Shown: positions 55,968 through 64,000 of the stretch, one piece after another
How the letters are laid out: each line of letters begins with the position of its first letter
Numbering within the stretch: the first letter of the stretch is position 1
NCBI GenBank assembly: GCA_938074205.1
Contig: CALJES010000012.1
Location: forward strand, 192,080-256,079
Length of the DNA: 64,000 nucleotides
Source of the DNA: an uncultured bacterium
GTDB taxonomy: Bacteria > Armatimonadota > UBA5829
Direction: 5' to 3'
Position numbers and translations under genes: made by a program
Notes under the pieces: model-generated
What the model was told of the DNA's origin: nothing
Seen by the model: only the letters and a program-made list of their open reading frames with translations
Databases searched by the model: none

Positions 55968-56432
55968 ATGCGATGTGGTCGTTTTGAACTGAGTTTGATA
56001 CACTATGTTCTAGTAGCAGTTCTGACATTATTATCACTTATTGGTGCCGGATGTGGTGGCGGCGGTGCTGGGGTGGTGGATAAGGAGCCGCCGACAGTGT
56101 TCATTGTGAGCTTCACAGGACTGCTGCCCGCTACGGGTGGAACTGCAACTATAGACGTCGATGCTACGGATGATGTCGGTGTAGTGCGTGTGGAAGTTAA
56201 GGTAACAAAACCAGATGGCTCGTCGTCGCTCGTAACAGCGACGAAAACAGGCAACATTTGGCGTGCACAATTCGACGCACCTGCCAATTCCGGGACCCAA
56301 GCTGCGGTATATAGGTTCGTTGCCTACGCTTACGATGCTGCCGGAAAGGTGGCAACATCGGAAGAACGGTCCTTCCAAGTTAGTGCCCCGGATATACCGC
56401 CACCTCCTCCTCCGTTTGTGACAGGCAAATAA
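55968..56432 (+). CDS. Small putative lipoprotein carrying the same Ig-like capping domain as the giant protein (ORF track 55839..56432; ATG 55968 preferred)
   Basis: MRCGRFELSLIHYVLVAVLTLLSLIGAGC signal/lipobox-like N-terminus, then ATGGTATIDVDATDDVGVVRVEVKV..YDAAGK, which parallels AGTAHDDVGISRVTW..ADAAGN and GEASDNIGLAVVTW..FDQAGN in the giant protein. Pro-rich tail PDIPPPPPPF. Confidence 0.5.
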   Translation: MRCGRFELSLIHYVLVAVLTLLSLIGAGCGGGGAGVVDKEPPTVFIVSFTGLLPATGGTATIDVDATDDVGVVRVEVKVTKPDGSSSLVTATKTGNIWRAQFDAPANSGTQAAVYRFVAYAYDAAGKVATSEERSFQVSAPDIPPPPPPFVTGK

Positions 56433-56448
56433 GACTGTTGATTTCCAT

Positions 56449-57261
56449 CTAAACACCGGCGAATGCGCTGAATCCTCCGTCGACGGTGAGCACACTGCCA
56501 GTGACAAATGATGCACGGTCGGAGAGTAGGAAAAGCGCGGCTTCCGCTATTTCCGACGGCTCACCGTATCTGCCCATAGGCACGTGCGCTATTATAGTGT
56601 GACCTCGTTCCGTCGGCTCTCCTGTATTCTCGTCGACAAGCAGAAAGCGGTTCAGATTTGTAAGCACGAATCCAGGAGCGAGAGCGTTGACGCGTATGTT
56701 AGGCGAGTAGTTTCTGGCCATGTGGACGGCGAGCCAACGGGTGAAGCTTGTTACGGCAGCCTTAGCGTTTGAGTAACCTACTACCCTTGTCAAAGGGCGG
56801 CAGCCTGCAACGGACGATATGTTGACAATGGCTCCGCGCTGCTTTTGCGCGAATATTCGGCCGACAGCCTGACACGGCACGACGACCGCCTTGTAGTTGG
56901 CTGCGAATATCTCGTCAAAAGCTTCTGATTCTATATCAAAAAACTCCAGCGCGTCTGAGGTGGTGCAACCAGGCGTTGATCCTCCTGCCCCGTTTACTAG
57001 TAGGTCGACCGTTCCGAACTTTGCAAGCGTCGAGTCGAGTGCCGATTCCACAGACGGGCGTACTGCGGCATCACACTTGACAGCTAGAGCTCGCCCCCCG
57101 GCTTTCTCAACGTCATTAGCGGTATTCTGCGCGGCCTCGAGGGACAAATCCCAAACTGCAATGGCTGCGCCTTCCTCAGCAAGTCTTCTCGCCGTTTCAC
57201 CGGCTATCGCACCTCCGCCGCCGACTACAACAGCTATCTTGTTCCTGAATCCGTAGTCCAT
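56449..57261 (-). CDS. SDR-family oxidoreductase
   Basis: VVGGGGAIAGETARRL (TGxxxGxG-like), NGAG, a catalytic S..YSNAKAAV (YxxxK) and PG.V.T. Confidence 0.8.
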   Translation of the reverse strand: MDYGFRNKIAVVVGGGGAIAGETARRLAEEGAAIAVWDLSLEAAQNTANDVEKAGGRALAVKCDAAVRPSVESALDSTLAKFGTVDLLVNGAGGSTPGCTTSDALEFFDIESEAFDEIFAANYKAVVVPCQAVGRIFAQKQRGAIVNISSVAGCRPLTRVVGYSNAKAAVTSFTRWLAVHMARNYSPNIRVNALAPGFVLTNLNRFLLVDENTGEPTERGHTIIAHVPMGRYGEPSEIAEAALFLLSDRASFVTGSVLTVDGGFSAFAGV

Positions 57262-58495
57262 GGTTTCTTTCGACTCCTTGAATGATTTCGCGGTTTCCTC
57301 GTCTAATCAGTCTTATGCTATGCGCTCATTCGAAAAGTTAGCTGAGCTTTACCGCAAAACCCTTCTGGAAGACGTGGTGCCTTTCTGGGAGCGGTACACG
57401 GTTGATCCGGATGACGGCGCGATAAACAATTGTGTGGATGACTATGGAAATGTGCTTTCATATGATAGGTACCTATGGTCTCAGGGACGAGCTCTTTGGA
57501 CGTTTTCGGCTCTCTACAACCGCGTGGAGCCCAGGCAGAGCTGGCTTGATATTGCGCGCCGTGTGGCACAGTATCTTTATTCGCATGGTCGTGATGATTC
57601 AGGGCGGTGGGTATATCGCCTAAGCAAAGACGGTGAAGTTCTAGATGGGCCGATCAGCATTTACGTAGACGGCTTCGTACTGAACGGGATGGGAGAGTAC
57701 TATCTAGCAACCGGCGACACCCGCGCGGCGGACATTGCAAGAGAAACTTGGAAAAGCGTTTCAGAGAGGTTAGCCAACCCCGGTAGCTACAGCATAGCCC
57801 CATACGAATTGCCGCCCGGAGCCCAAACTTTGGGCATTCCGATGATCTTCTCTTTCTTTTTTTGGAACCTGGGCCAGGCGCTTCGAACCGAAGAGATAAA
57901 GCAAGGAGGTCTGCGGTTGGCAGAGTGGCTGCTGCCCACGTTCTACTCCAGAAAGCATGATGCGGTAATGGAGTTTCGCAGCATATACGGCGGTCCATTA
58001 GCCTTGCCACAGGGCAGGGTAGTGATCCCGGGGCACGTGATTGAAGCTATGTGGTTTCTTATATCGATATTCGAGGCAGCCGATTCATCGCGGTATCATC
58101 AGGCCATTGCTGAGTGCTGTCGCCTGATTCGCCGGCACATTGAGCTAGGCTGGGACGACGACTACGGCGGAATCCGACTTGCTATAGACATTGAAGGGCA
58201 AACGCCTGTAGCCTGGCAGAAAGCAGATTGCAAGCCCTGGTGGGTTCACACAGAGGCACTTGTTGCGACATTGTATGCTTATTTTTACACGAGCGACGAG
58301 TGGTTCTTAGACTGGCATCACCGAATAAAAGATTATGCCTTCTCCAAATATCCGGTTCCGACAGGGGAGTGGAGACAGTGGCTTGACCGATACGGCTCTC
58401 CCTCGTCAAGTGCGGCTCTGCCGGTAAAGGATCCATTTCACCTGCCGCGCGCCCTGATATACTCGGTTGGTATACTTGAGCGGTTGCTTTCATGA
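57260..58495 (+). CDS. N-acylglucosamine 2-epimerase (AGE)-family (alpha/alpha)6-barrel isomerase/epimerase
   Basis: 411 aa with periodic W/Y-rich helices (YLWSQGRALWTFSALY..WFLDWHH) consistent with the AGE/cellobiose-2-epimerase/sulfoquinovose-isomerase family. Confidence 0.5.
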   Translation: MVSFDSLNDFAVSSSNQSYAMRSFEKLAELYRKTLLEDVVPFWERYTVDPDDGAINNCVDDYGNVLSYDRYLWSQGRALWTFSALYNRVEPRQSWLDIARRVAQYLYSHGRDDSGRWVYRLSKDGEVLDGPISIYVDGFVLNGMGEYYLATGDTRAADIARETWKSVSERLANPGSYSIAPYELPPGAQTLGIPMIFSFFFWNLGQALRTEEIKQGGLRLAEWLLPTFYSRKHDAVMEFRSIYGGPLALPQGRVVIPGHVIEAMWFLISIFEAADSSRYHQAIAECCRLIRRHIELGWDDDYGGIRLAIDIEGQTPVAWQKADCKPWWVHTEALVATLYAYFYTSDEWFLDWHHRIKDYAFSKYPVPTGEWRQWLDRYGSPSSSAALPVKDPFHLPRALIYSVGILERLLS

Positions 58496-58544
58496 AAAAT
58501 AGCTGCGGCTTCGCCAGTGAAACAGTTTTCGCGAGAGGTAGTTT

Positions 58545-60554
58545 ATGACGGACGGGACCATAAGCGAAAGAGTCGCGGAAAACAAGAGGGTTGCAGATTT
58601 TGCATACGCAACACGTAACCGAGTAACAGCCCGAGCCGTTCTTCTTTCGATTATCTTAATGGTTGCCAATGACTACTGGATAGTTCAGCTCGAGGTAGTC
58701 AGATACTCGTTTGCCACCTACGCTGCTCCATTCTACAACTGCATTTTCACGTTGTTGGTTTTGACGGCAATAAACGCGATCATCAGGCGGCGTTTCCCAT
58801 CAATTGCGTTCACACGCGTCGAAATGATGACCGTTTACATAATGCTTTCGATATCCAGCGCGGTGTGTTCGCATAATATGATGGAAATACTGGTGTCGAT
58901 GATGGGCTATGCCCATTTCTTTCAGACACCGGAGAACAGATGGGGCGAACTCTTCGTGAACCGTTTGCCAGGCTGGCTTACCGTCGGTGATCATACTTCA
59001 CTTTACAACTTCTACTACGGCAACTCCAGCCTATATAGACCAGAGAACTTCCTTCCCTGGCTTGTGCCCGCACTATGCTGGTCTGTATTCTGTGCGGTTT
59101 TGCTTCTAACTCTACTTTGCCTGAATACTATTCTCAGAAAGCAGTGGGTCGAGTCAGAAAGGTTGACGTTTCCTATTGTTATACTGCCGCTCGAAATGGC
59201 TGATGAGTCGGCGGCGATATTTCGGAACAAGTATATGTGGTTGGGGTTTGCCATTTCGGGTCTTATCACGCTTGTTGCCGGCTTACATTTCCTATACCCA
59301 TCGATACCGTACATACGCATAGTGCGCACCAACATAGGACGTCTCATCACGCAGCCTCCTTGGAATGCTATGGGGGCGATCTCCCTCGGCTTCTATTTCT
59401 GGGCGATCGGGATTGCATTTCTGATGCCTTTGGAACTGTCGTTTTCCTGCTGGGTGTTCTATTGGATTGTGAAGTTCGAACTGGTACTTTCCTACGTGCT
59501 AGGTCTCCACGAGTTGCAGGTGCCCGGGGGCGGATTTGACAGGGGTTATCCTTTCCTGCAAAGCCAGGAGTGGGGGGCTTACATGGGCTTTTTCGTGATG
59601 AGTATGTGGGCTAGTCGGCATTACCTGAAACGAGTGTTCAGGACAGCATTCTTCGGCACTAAGGAAGAAGACGATTCACGCGAGGCTATAAGCTACCGTG
59701 CGGCGATAATTGGTTCGATTGCCGGTTTCATATTCCTAAGCCTTTTTGCCTACGCAATAGGGATGTCCCGATGGGTCATATTTGTATTCTTTTTCTTCTA
59801 CTTCATATTTGCTATTATCTGCAGTCGGATCAGAGCCGAACTCGGCTTTCCTACCCACGACATGCATTTTATGCAACCGCAACATTTGCTCCTTACCGTC
59901 AGCGGCACAGAAAGGTTGGGAACAAATAATCTTATCGGCTTTTCCTTGTTCTTCTGGTTCAACCGGACCTATGCAAGTCATCCGTCCCCTCACCAAATGG
60001 AAGGGCTCAAAATTGCTGAGCGCACTAACACACCCGCGCGCCAATTCTTCACCGCAATGGCGATAGCGTCTATTCTGGCTATGCCTATTGGTTTCTGGAT
60101 GCTGTTGCACACCTACTTTCGTCGAGGCGGGGCGACGGCGAATATGGAGCAGTGGGCTCTGGGCTTCGGCAGCAGCTGCTGGACACAGCTCGAACGATGG
60201 ATAACTCAGCCATTTCCGCCGAACCCCACCGCGATGCTTTTTGTCGGAGTGGGCTTTGGGGTATCCATGCTTCTTGGCTGGTTGAGACTGAGATTCATCT
60301 CATTTCCCTTCCATCCGCTTGCGTATGCGCTTGCTCCCAGTTGGGGAGTCGGCCAACTCTGGATGCCGCTTCTGATAGGTAGCACCGCAAAGTTCTTCAT
60401 TCTAAAATTCGGAGGATTAAAGACCTATCGCCAAGCGTTGCCGTTCTTTTTTGGTCTGATGCTAGGCGAGATAACAGTCGGCAGCCTCTGGACCCTGGGC
60501 GGGATTGCTCTAGACGTGCCCACCTACGACTTCTGGCCCGGCAGGTACGAATAG
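58545..60554 (+). CDS. Large polytopic membrane protein of unknown function (669 aa, at least 14 TM helices)
   Basis: Hydrophobic helices throughout, Trp/Phe-rich; no transporter family signature that I recognise. Confidence 0.45.
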   Translation: MTDGTISERVAENKRVADFAYATRNRVTARAVLLSIILMVANDYWIVQLEVVRYSFATYAAPFYNCIFTLLVLTAINAIIRRRFPSIAFTRVEMMTVYIMLSISSAVCSHNMMEILVSMMGYAHFFQTPENRWGELFVNRLPGWLTVGDHTSLYNFYYGNSSLYRPENFLPWLVPALCWSVFCAVLLLTLLCLNTILRKQWVESERLTFPIVILPLEMADESAAIFRNKYMWLGFAISGLITLVAGLHFLYPSIPYIRIVRTNIGRLITQPPWNAMGAISLGFYFWAIGIAFLMPLELSFSCWVFYWIVKFELVLSYVLGLHELQVPGGGFDRGYPFLQSQEWGAYMGFFVMSMWASRHYLKRVFRTAFFGTKEEDDSREAISYRAAIIGSIAGFIFLSLFAYAIGMSRWVIFVFFFFYFIFAIICSRIRAELGFPTHDMHFMQPQHLLLTVSGTERLGTNNLIGFSLFFWFNRTYASHPSPHQMEGLKIAERTNTPARQFFTAMAIASILAMPIGFWMLLHTYFRRGGATANMEQWALGFGSSCWTQLERWITQPFPPNPTAMLFVGVGFGVSMLLGWLRLRFISFPFHPLAYALAPSWGVGQLWMPLLIGSTAKFFILKFGGLKTYRQALPFFFGLMLGEITVGSLWTLGGIALDVPTYDFWPGRYE

Positions 60555-60619
60555 TTAAATCCGATTGTCACTGAAAAGGTAATACGACATCTGTGCGCAG
60601 TCACCTGCAAATGTGGGTA

Positions 60620-61495
60620 TCACACTGGTTCTAAAGCGCCCGACTTCGCAGATCGTTCGGCGGCCTCAAGGATGGCAGTGACTTCCAGTGCATCTTCGGG
60701 TTCGACTGGTATCTGTTTGGTTTCGAAGAACTTTACAATCTCCTTGAGCTGGTTCGTGTAAAGCGGGGATGTGTCGACGACGAACGCGGCGGCTTCTCTA
60801 CCGCGCACGGAGCCACCGTAGTGCCACGCCCCTCGGCATAACTCTACTACTCCGCGCCTAGAATCGTCATATCTGACCACAAGAACCGCGCCTGTTTCAT
60901 CGGCGATCGTTCTGACGCACTTTGCTCCTCTGCCCAGCGCCCGCTGCATCATCTCTACGGCGTGGACGCCGTACCAAACTATTGAACTGCCTGCCGCAGC
61001 CTGTCCTAACGGTCCGAATGTGCTTGCCAAAGTAGGCTGGCTTGCCTTGTTACACGCATCGAGAAGTTGCGGTGCAAACCTGAGAGATGAGCACGAAAAG
61101 AAAGCCGTCTTGTTTTCCGCCGCAGCTTCAAGGATTTGCGCGGCACTCGCTTTTGTATCGGCGAGCGGTTTGTCGACAAAGACTGGTTTCCCGAGGCCTG
61201 CTATTCTACGGAAGTAATCAAGGTGCAGCGACGGATCATTTATGCACAGGATGATAGCGTCGCAGTTGGCTATAGCTTCTTGCAAATCTGTTGTTACGCG
61301 TATGCCCCAGGATTCGAGTTGTTTTTGACGCGCGTCGAGTCCAGCCGCATCCTGAAAAGGAGTTTCAAACCGCATCACAGCCGTGACGGTCGCCCCGGAG
61401 ACTTTTTGTTCATCAGGACAGTCCGGGGCGACCAACCTGCGCGCAAACTCGATAGTGTGGCTAGAATCTAAACCGACGATACTGATATTTATCAT
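60620..61495 (-). CDS. Gfo/Idh/MocA-family NAD(P)-dependent oxidoreductase
   Basis: N-terminal Rossmann MINISIVGLDSSHTIEF, CDAIILCIND and the EKP-like motif DKPLA. Confidence 0.75.
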   Translation of the reverse strand: MINISIVGLDSSHTIEFARRLVAPDCPDEQKVSGATVTAVMRFETPFQDAAGLDARQKQLESWGIRVTTDLQEAIANCDAIILCINDPSLHLDYFRRIAGLGKPVFVDKPLADTKASAAQILEAAAENKTAFFSCSSLRFAPQLLDACNKASQPTLASTFGPLGQAAAGSSIVWYGVHAVEMMQRALGRGAKCVRTIADETGAVLVVRYDDSRRGVVELCRGAWHYGGSVRGREAAAFVVDTSPLYTNQLKEIVKFFETKQIPVEPEDALEVTAILEAAERSAKSGALEPV

Positions 61496-61520
61496 TTCTA
61501 CTTCTCCGAGAAATGCGAAT

Positions 61521-62438
61521 CTAGCTGCGGTAGTACTTCTTCTTTGCCTGGGCGAGCTGATCTATGGCGCCAAAGTGTTTCAGTCTGTAGTTTTCAGTTG
61601 TCGGATGCCACACTGTCTGTAGGAACCCAAGGAGCCTTTCTGGGTTTAGCCGACTTTTGGCAAATTCGACGGTCCCGTCAAAGTTTGTGTCGCACGACCA
61701 GTTGCTGCCAGTAGGGATTTGGTCGAAGCCGTATTCGTCAAGCTCCAAGTATGCCTTCACGGGAGTGTGTTTCGGATCAAACTCTGCGCCATAGTACCAA
61801 TTACTCTGCACTATCGATCTGGGCATTCGCTCGAAGAACACATCGCGATTATGCCACACGTAGTCGGACCATATCCATGCACGTGCGCCGTTCTTTTCGA
61901 CCTCGTTTACTAGAAACAGAAGATCATTCCACCACAAGTCGTACTGTCTTATCACTACATAGGCGTGGTAGCGCTGGTGTTCGGCTGTTTCTTCGTCCAT
62001 CCCCAGATGAAAGAATCTGGGGCGATCGAACAGTTCGACCGCCTCCGCTATTAGATCTCGACAGACTCTATAATAGGTCGGCGTAGAAACCATTCTGCTA
62101 TAATCACTCAGCCAGGTATCGTGTGTGGCTGAGAAGTTGAGTTTGGGTATGGGCTCGATGCCGAGGTCTCGTGCTTTTGAAAGCTCATTGCGAAGTTTTT
62201 CCGGCGTCCACGCGCCTTCCACTGCAAGCTCAGGGTGCGACGCGTATCTAACTCCCTCACCAAGGTCTACCACAAGCATATTAACGCCTGATCGCGCCAT
62301 GTGTTCAAGCAAGTCGTTCCAAAGGTTTTCATCGAAGCGCAGGCGCGCCTTTGAACTTATGTCGGGCCTTCCAAGTTCCGGTGCTTCTCGGTCCAGCCAC
62401 ATGTTGTAACCTAGGTGTATGAGGTACGCCCAGATCAT
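61521..62438 (-). CDS. Hypothetical TIM-barrel protein with a GH20-like H-x-G-x-D-E motif
   Basis: FHLGMDEE resembles the GH20 HxGGDE catalytic motif. Short (305 aa), so assignment is weak. Confidence 0.3.
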   Translation of the reverse strand: MIWAYLIHLGYNMWLDREAPELGRPDISSKARLRFDENLWNDLLEHMARSGVNMLVVDLGEGVRYASHPELAVEGAWTPEKLRNELSKARDLGIEPIPKLNFSATHDTWLSDYSRMVSTPTYYRVCRDLIAEAVELFDRPRFFHLGMDEETAEHQRYHAYVVIRQYDLWWNDLLFLVNEVEKNGARAWIWSDYVWHNRDVFFERMPRSIVQSNWYYGAEFDPKHTPVKAYLELDEYGFDQIPTGSNWSCDTNFDGTVEFAKSRLNPERLLGFLQTVWHPTTENYRLKHFGAIDQLAQAKKKYYRS

Positions 62439-64000
62439 TGTGAGTTCTCCTTCTTCTTGGCGCGCCAGATTTCGGAAAGTGCTAAAGCTGCGGGCTTGGG
62501 TTTACCTTCGAAGTCGACTATGGATGTGTTGGCTGTACAGGGGAAACAATCGTGTCCCATCCAAATTAGGGAGCCGCCACATTTCGGGAAGCGGTTTTTG
62601 AGCGAATTCACCGCTATGGACAAGGCCTTAGCTTGTCTTGCCTGGCTCCATTCAACGTACTCTGCCAGCGAATTGGGTTTCCGACCTTTCTCGCGCACAA
62701 ACTCATCCCATTCTATCCACCATGTGGAGGTTCGTCTCCAAAGCGGATTAGTGTAGTTTGCCGGCATTGGATCAAACTCGCCCGCATATTCCTGGATTAA
62801 TTTCGTTGGGCTAGCACTTGGGTGACCCATTTCGGAGCAGAACAGGGCATCGTTCCTTGCCCAATAGTCAGACCATTCCTGGTCGAGGTCGCCAACAGCC
62901 TTCCAAGGTCCGTGGACATCCCAATGTACGCCGCTGCCGATTTTGGCAGGATCTACGTGCGACGATGGACCGCTGGGCGACGTGGAAACAAATCGCCGGG
63001 ATGGATCAAGCTCTGTGCAAACGTCAGCTAGCTTTTTGATCATAGGGTGCGATGCGTCGACCGGCTTCCCCCGCTCGCCGAGTACTTCCAACTCGTTTCC
63101 GCCAGACCACAAGATCAGGCACGCGTGGTGTGCCCTTCTGTCAATATAGCTCCGGGCGATCTCTGCCATCTCAGCAACGGACTTTTCGTCCTCTGGAGGT
63201 GCGTTGTCTATGCCAGACGAGGACAAAGGGAATTCTTGCCAAACCATCAGCCCAAGTTCATCGCAAATGTTGTAAAAGCATTCTCGCTCCAAAAATGCGC
63301 CGCCCCAAACTCTCAAGCAATTGACACCAAGATCGCGGTAAAGCTCCAGACGCTGTCGGTAGTCAGTTTCTTGAACATCGGCCCAGTTTGGCAGTATCGG
63401 AGTCCAATTGACACCTTGCAAGAAAACGGGCTTCTGATTTACCACGCATATCCAGGGATCGGCTCCCTCCGGAGAGTTCTCGCACTGCTTCCATTCGATG
63501 CTTCGGAAGCCGACGCGGCGAGCTACGAAGTCGTGCTCAAGTCCTGTCCCATCTTTCAGTCTGCACTCAACGTTATACAGCGGCTGGTCGCCTTCCAAGT
63601 TGGGCCACCACAGATCTATGTCCAGGTTCTTGAAAACTAGACCTTCGCGGGAAAACTGGATAGCGTCTGCAGTTCGCTCAGCGATTATCCTATCCAGCCC
63701 GCGCACGCACACGTCCACAACCAATCCCGAAGGTTCGCCAATCTCGCCGGTTATCTTCAAAACACCAGCGCCATCTTGCACGTCAGTTGATATTCTAAGT
63801 CGTTTCCATTCACGGCCGTCGGTGATTTCAAGCCGAACGGGCCCTGCTATTCCTATCTGTACGAGTCGAGGTACCCAGTCCCACGTATAATTGAAACGAG
63901 GCTTCCACTCGCGCATTTTCGACGTAAATCCGAATTGTCCCAGCCATCTGGGGGGTAGGTCAAATACTATCCTTAGCACGTTATCGGCATTGCGGTCTAC
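62435..64000 (-). CDS. Glycoside hydrolase family 2 (beta-mannosidase/beta-galactosidase-like), N-terminally incomplete at the window edge
   Basis: GH2 TIM-barrel signature ILWSGGNELE, a sugar-binding/Ig-like domain region before it (NQKPVFLQGVNW) and the acid/base region. The reading frame remains open from 63979 to base 64000 (no in-frame stop), so the protein continues upstream of the window. Confidence 0.65.
   Translation of the reverse strand, partial: VDRNADNVLRIVFDLPPRWLGQFGFTSKMREWKPRFNYTWDWVPRLVQIGIAGPVRLEITDGREWKRLRISTDVQDGAGVLKITGEIGEPSGLVVDVCVRGLDRIIAERTADAIQFSREGLVFKNLDIDLWWPNLEGDQPLYNVECRLKDGTGLEHDFVARRVGFRSIEWKQCENSPEGADPWICVVNQKPVFLQGVNWTPILPNWADVQETDYRQRLELYRDLGVNCLRVWGGAFLERECFYNICDELGLMVWQEFPLSSSGIDNAPPEDEKSVAEMAEIARSYIDRRAHHACLILWSGGNELEVLGERGKPVDASHPMIKKLADVCTELDPSRRFVSTSPSGPSSHVDPAKIGSGVHWDVHGPWKAVGDLDQEWSDYWARNDALFCSEMGHPSASPTKLIQEYAGEFDPMPANYTNPLWRRTSTWWIEWDEFVREKGRKPNSLAEYVEWSQARQAKALSIAVNSLKNRFPKCGGSLIWMGHDCFPCTANTSIVDFEGKPKPAALALSEIWRAKKKENSQ

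Overview
This 64 kb window looks like chromosomal DNA of a Gram-negative, polysaccharide-degrading bacterium, most likely a Planctomycetota/Verrucomicrobiota-like lineage. The lineage call rests on three prepilin-type H-X9-DG (DUF1559) proteins, a PEP-CTERM protein and many secreted CAZymes, and TGA is used as an ordinary stop codon (e.g. argS). The window is densely coding (about 50 CDS, many ATGA/overlap-coupled, plus two tRNAs), and no transposase, integrase or CRISPR array was found. In window order the content is: a hydrogenase-maturation end (partial hypC, hypF); tRNA-Asn; a tightly coupled six-gene minus-strand operon larE-larB-larC-amidohydrolase-CPBP protease-STAS antagonist with no larA; a sugar block (GH38 alpha-mannosidase, ThuA-like, ASKHA kinase-like, PIG-L deacetylase, EF-hand esterase); a histidine-kinase/LuxR two-component pair; a DUF1559 pilin-like protein; an MFS transporter; a GHL10-like protein; an ADP-ribosylglycohydrolase ATGA-coupled to argS; a PEP-CTERM gene interrupted by an in-frame TGA; a heparinase II/III-like lyase; housekeeping genes (BtuF-like SBP, rluB, dacA-like, scpA/scpB, lysA, tRNA-Lys, cysK, hflX); a sialidase-like BNR protein; and two tandem DUF1559 paralogs. 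The most striking locus is at 44.9-60.6 kb: an 8.66 kb gene for a 2885-aa secreted protein followed by an overlapping small lipoprotein that carries the same capping domain. The giant protein combines about 16 tandem Big_5-like Ig domains, a 7-unit YYD beta-propeller repeat block, a protease-less proprotein-convertase P-domain, a degenerate cupredoxin-like insert and an unassigned C-terminal domain. The locus also contains secreted and membrane hypotheticals, an SDR, an AGE-like epimerase, a Gfo/Idh/MocA oxidoreductase, and GH20-like and GH2 enzymes. The ORF track displays GTG/TTG starts as M, so several N-termini are probably over-extended.
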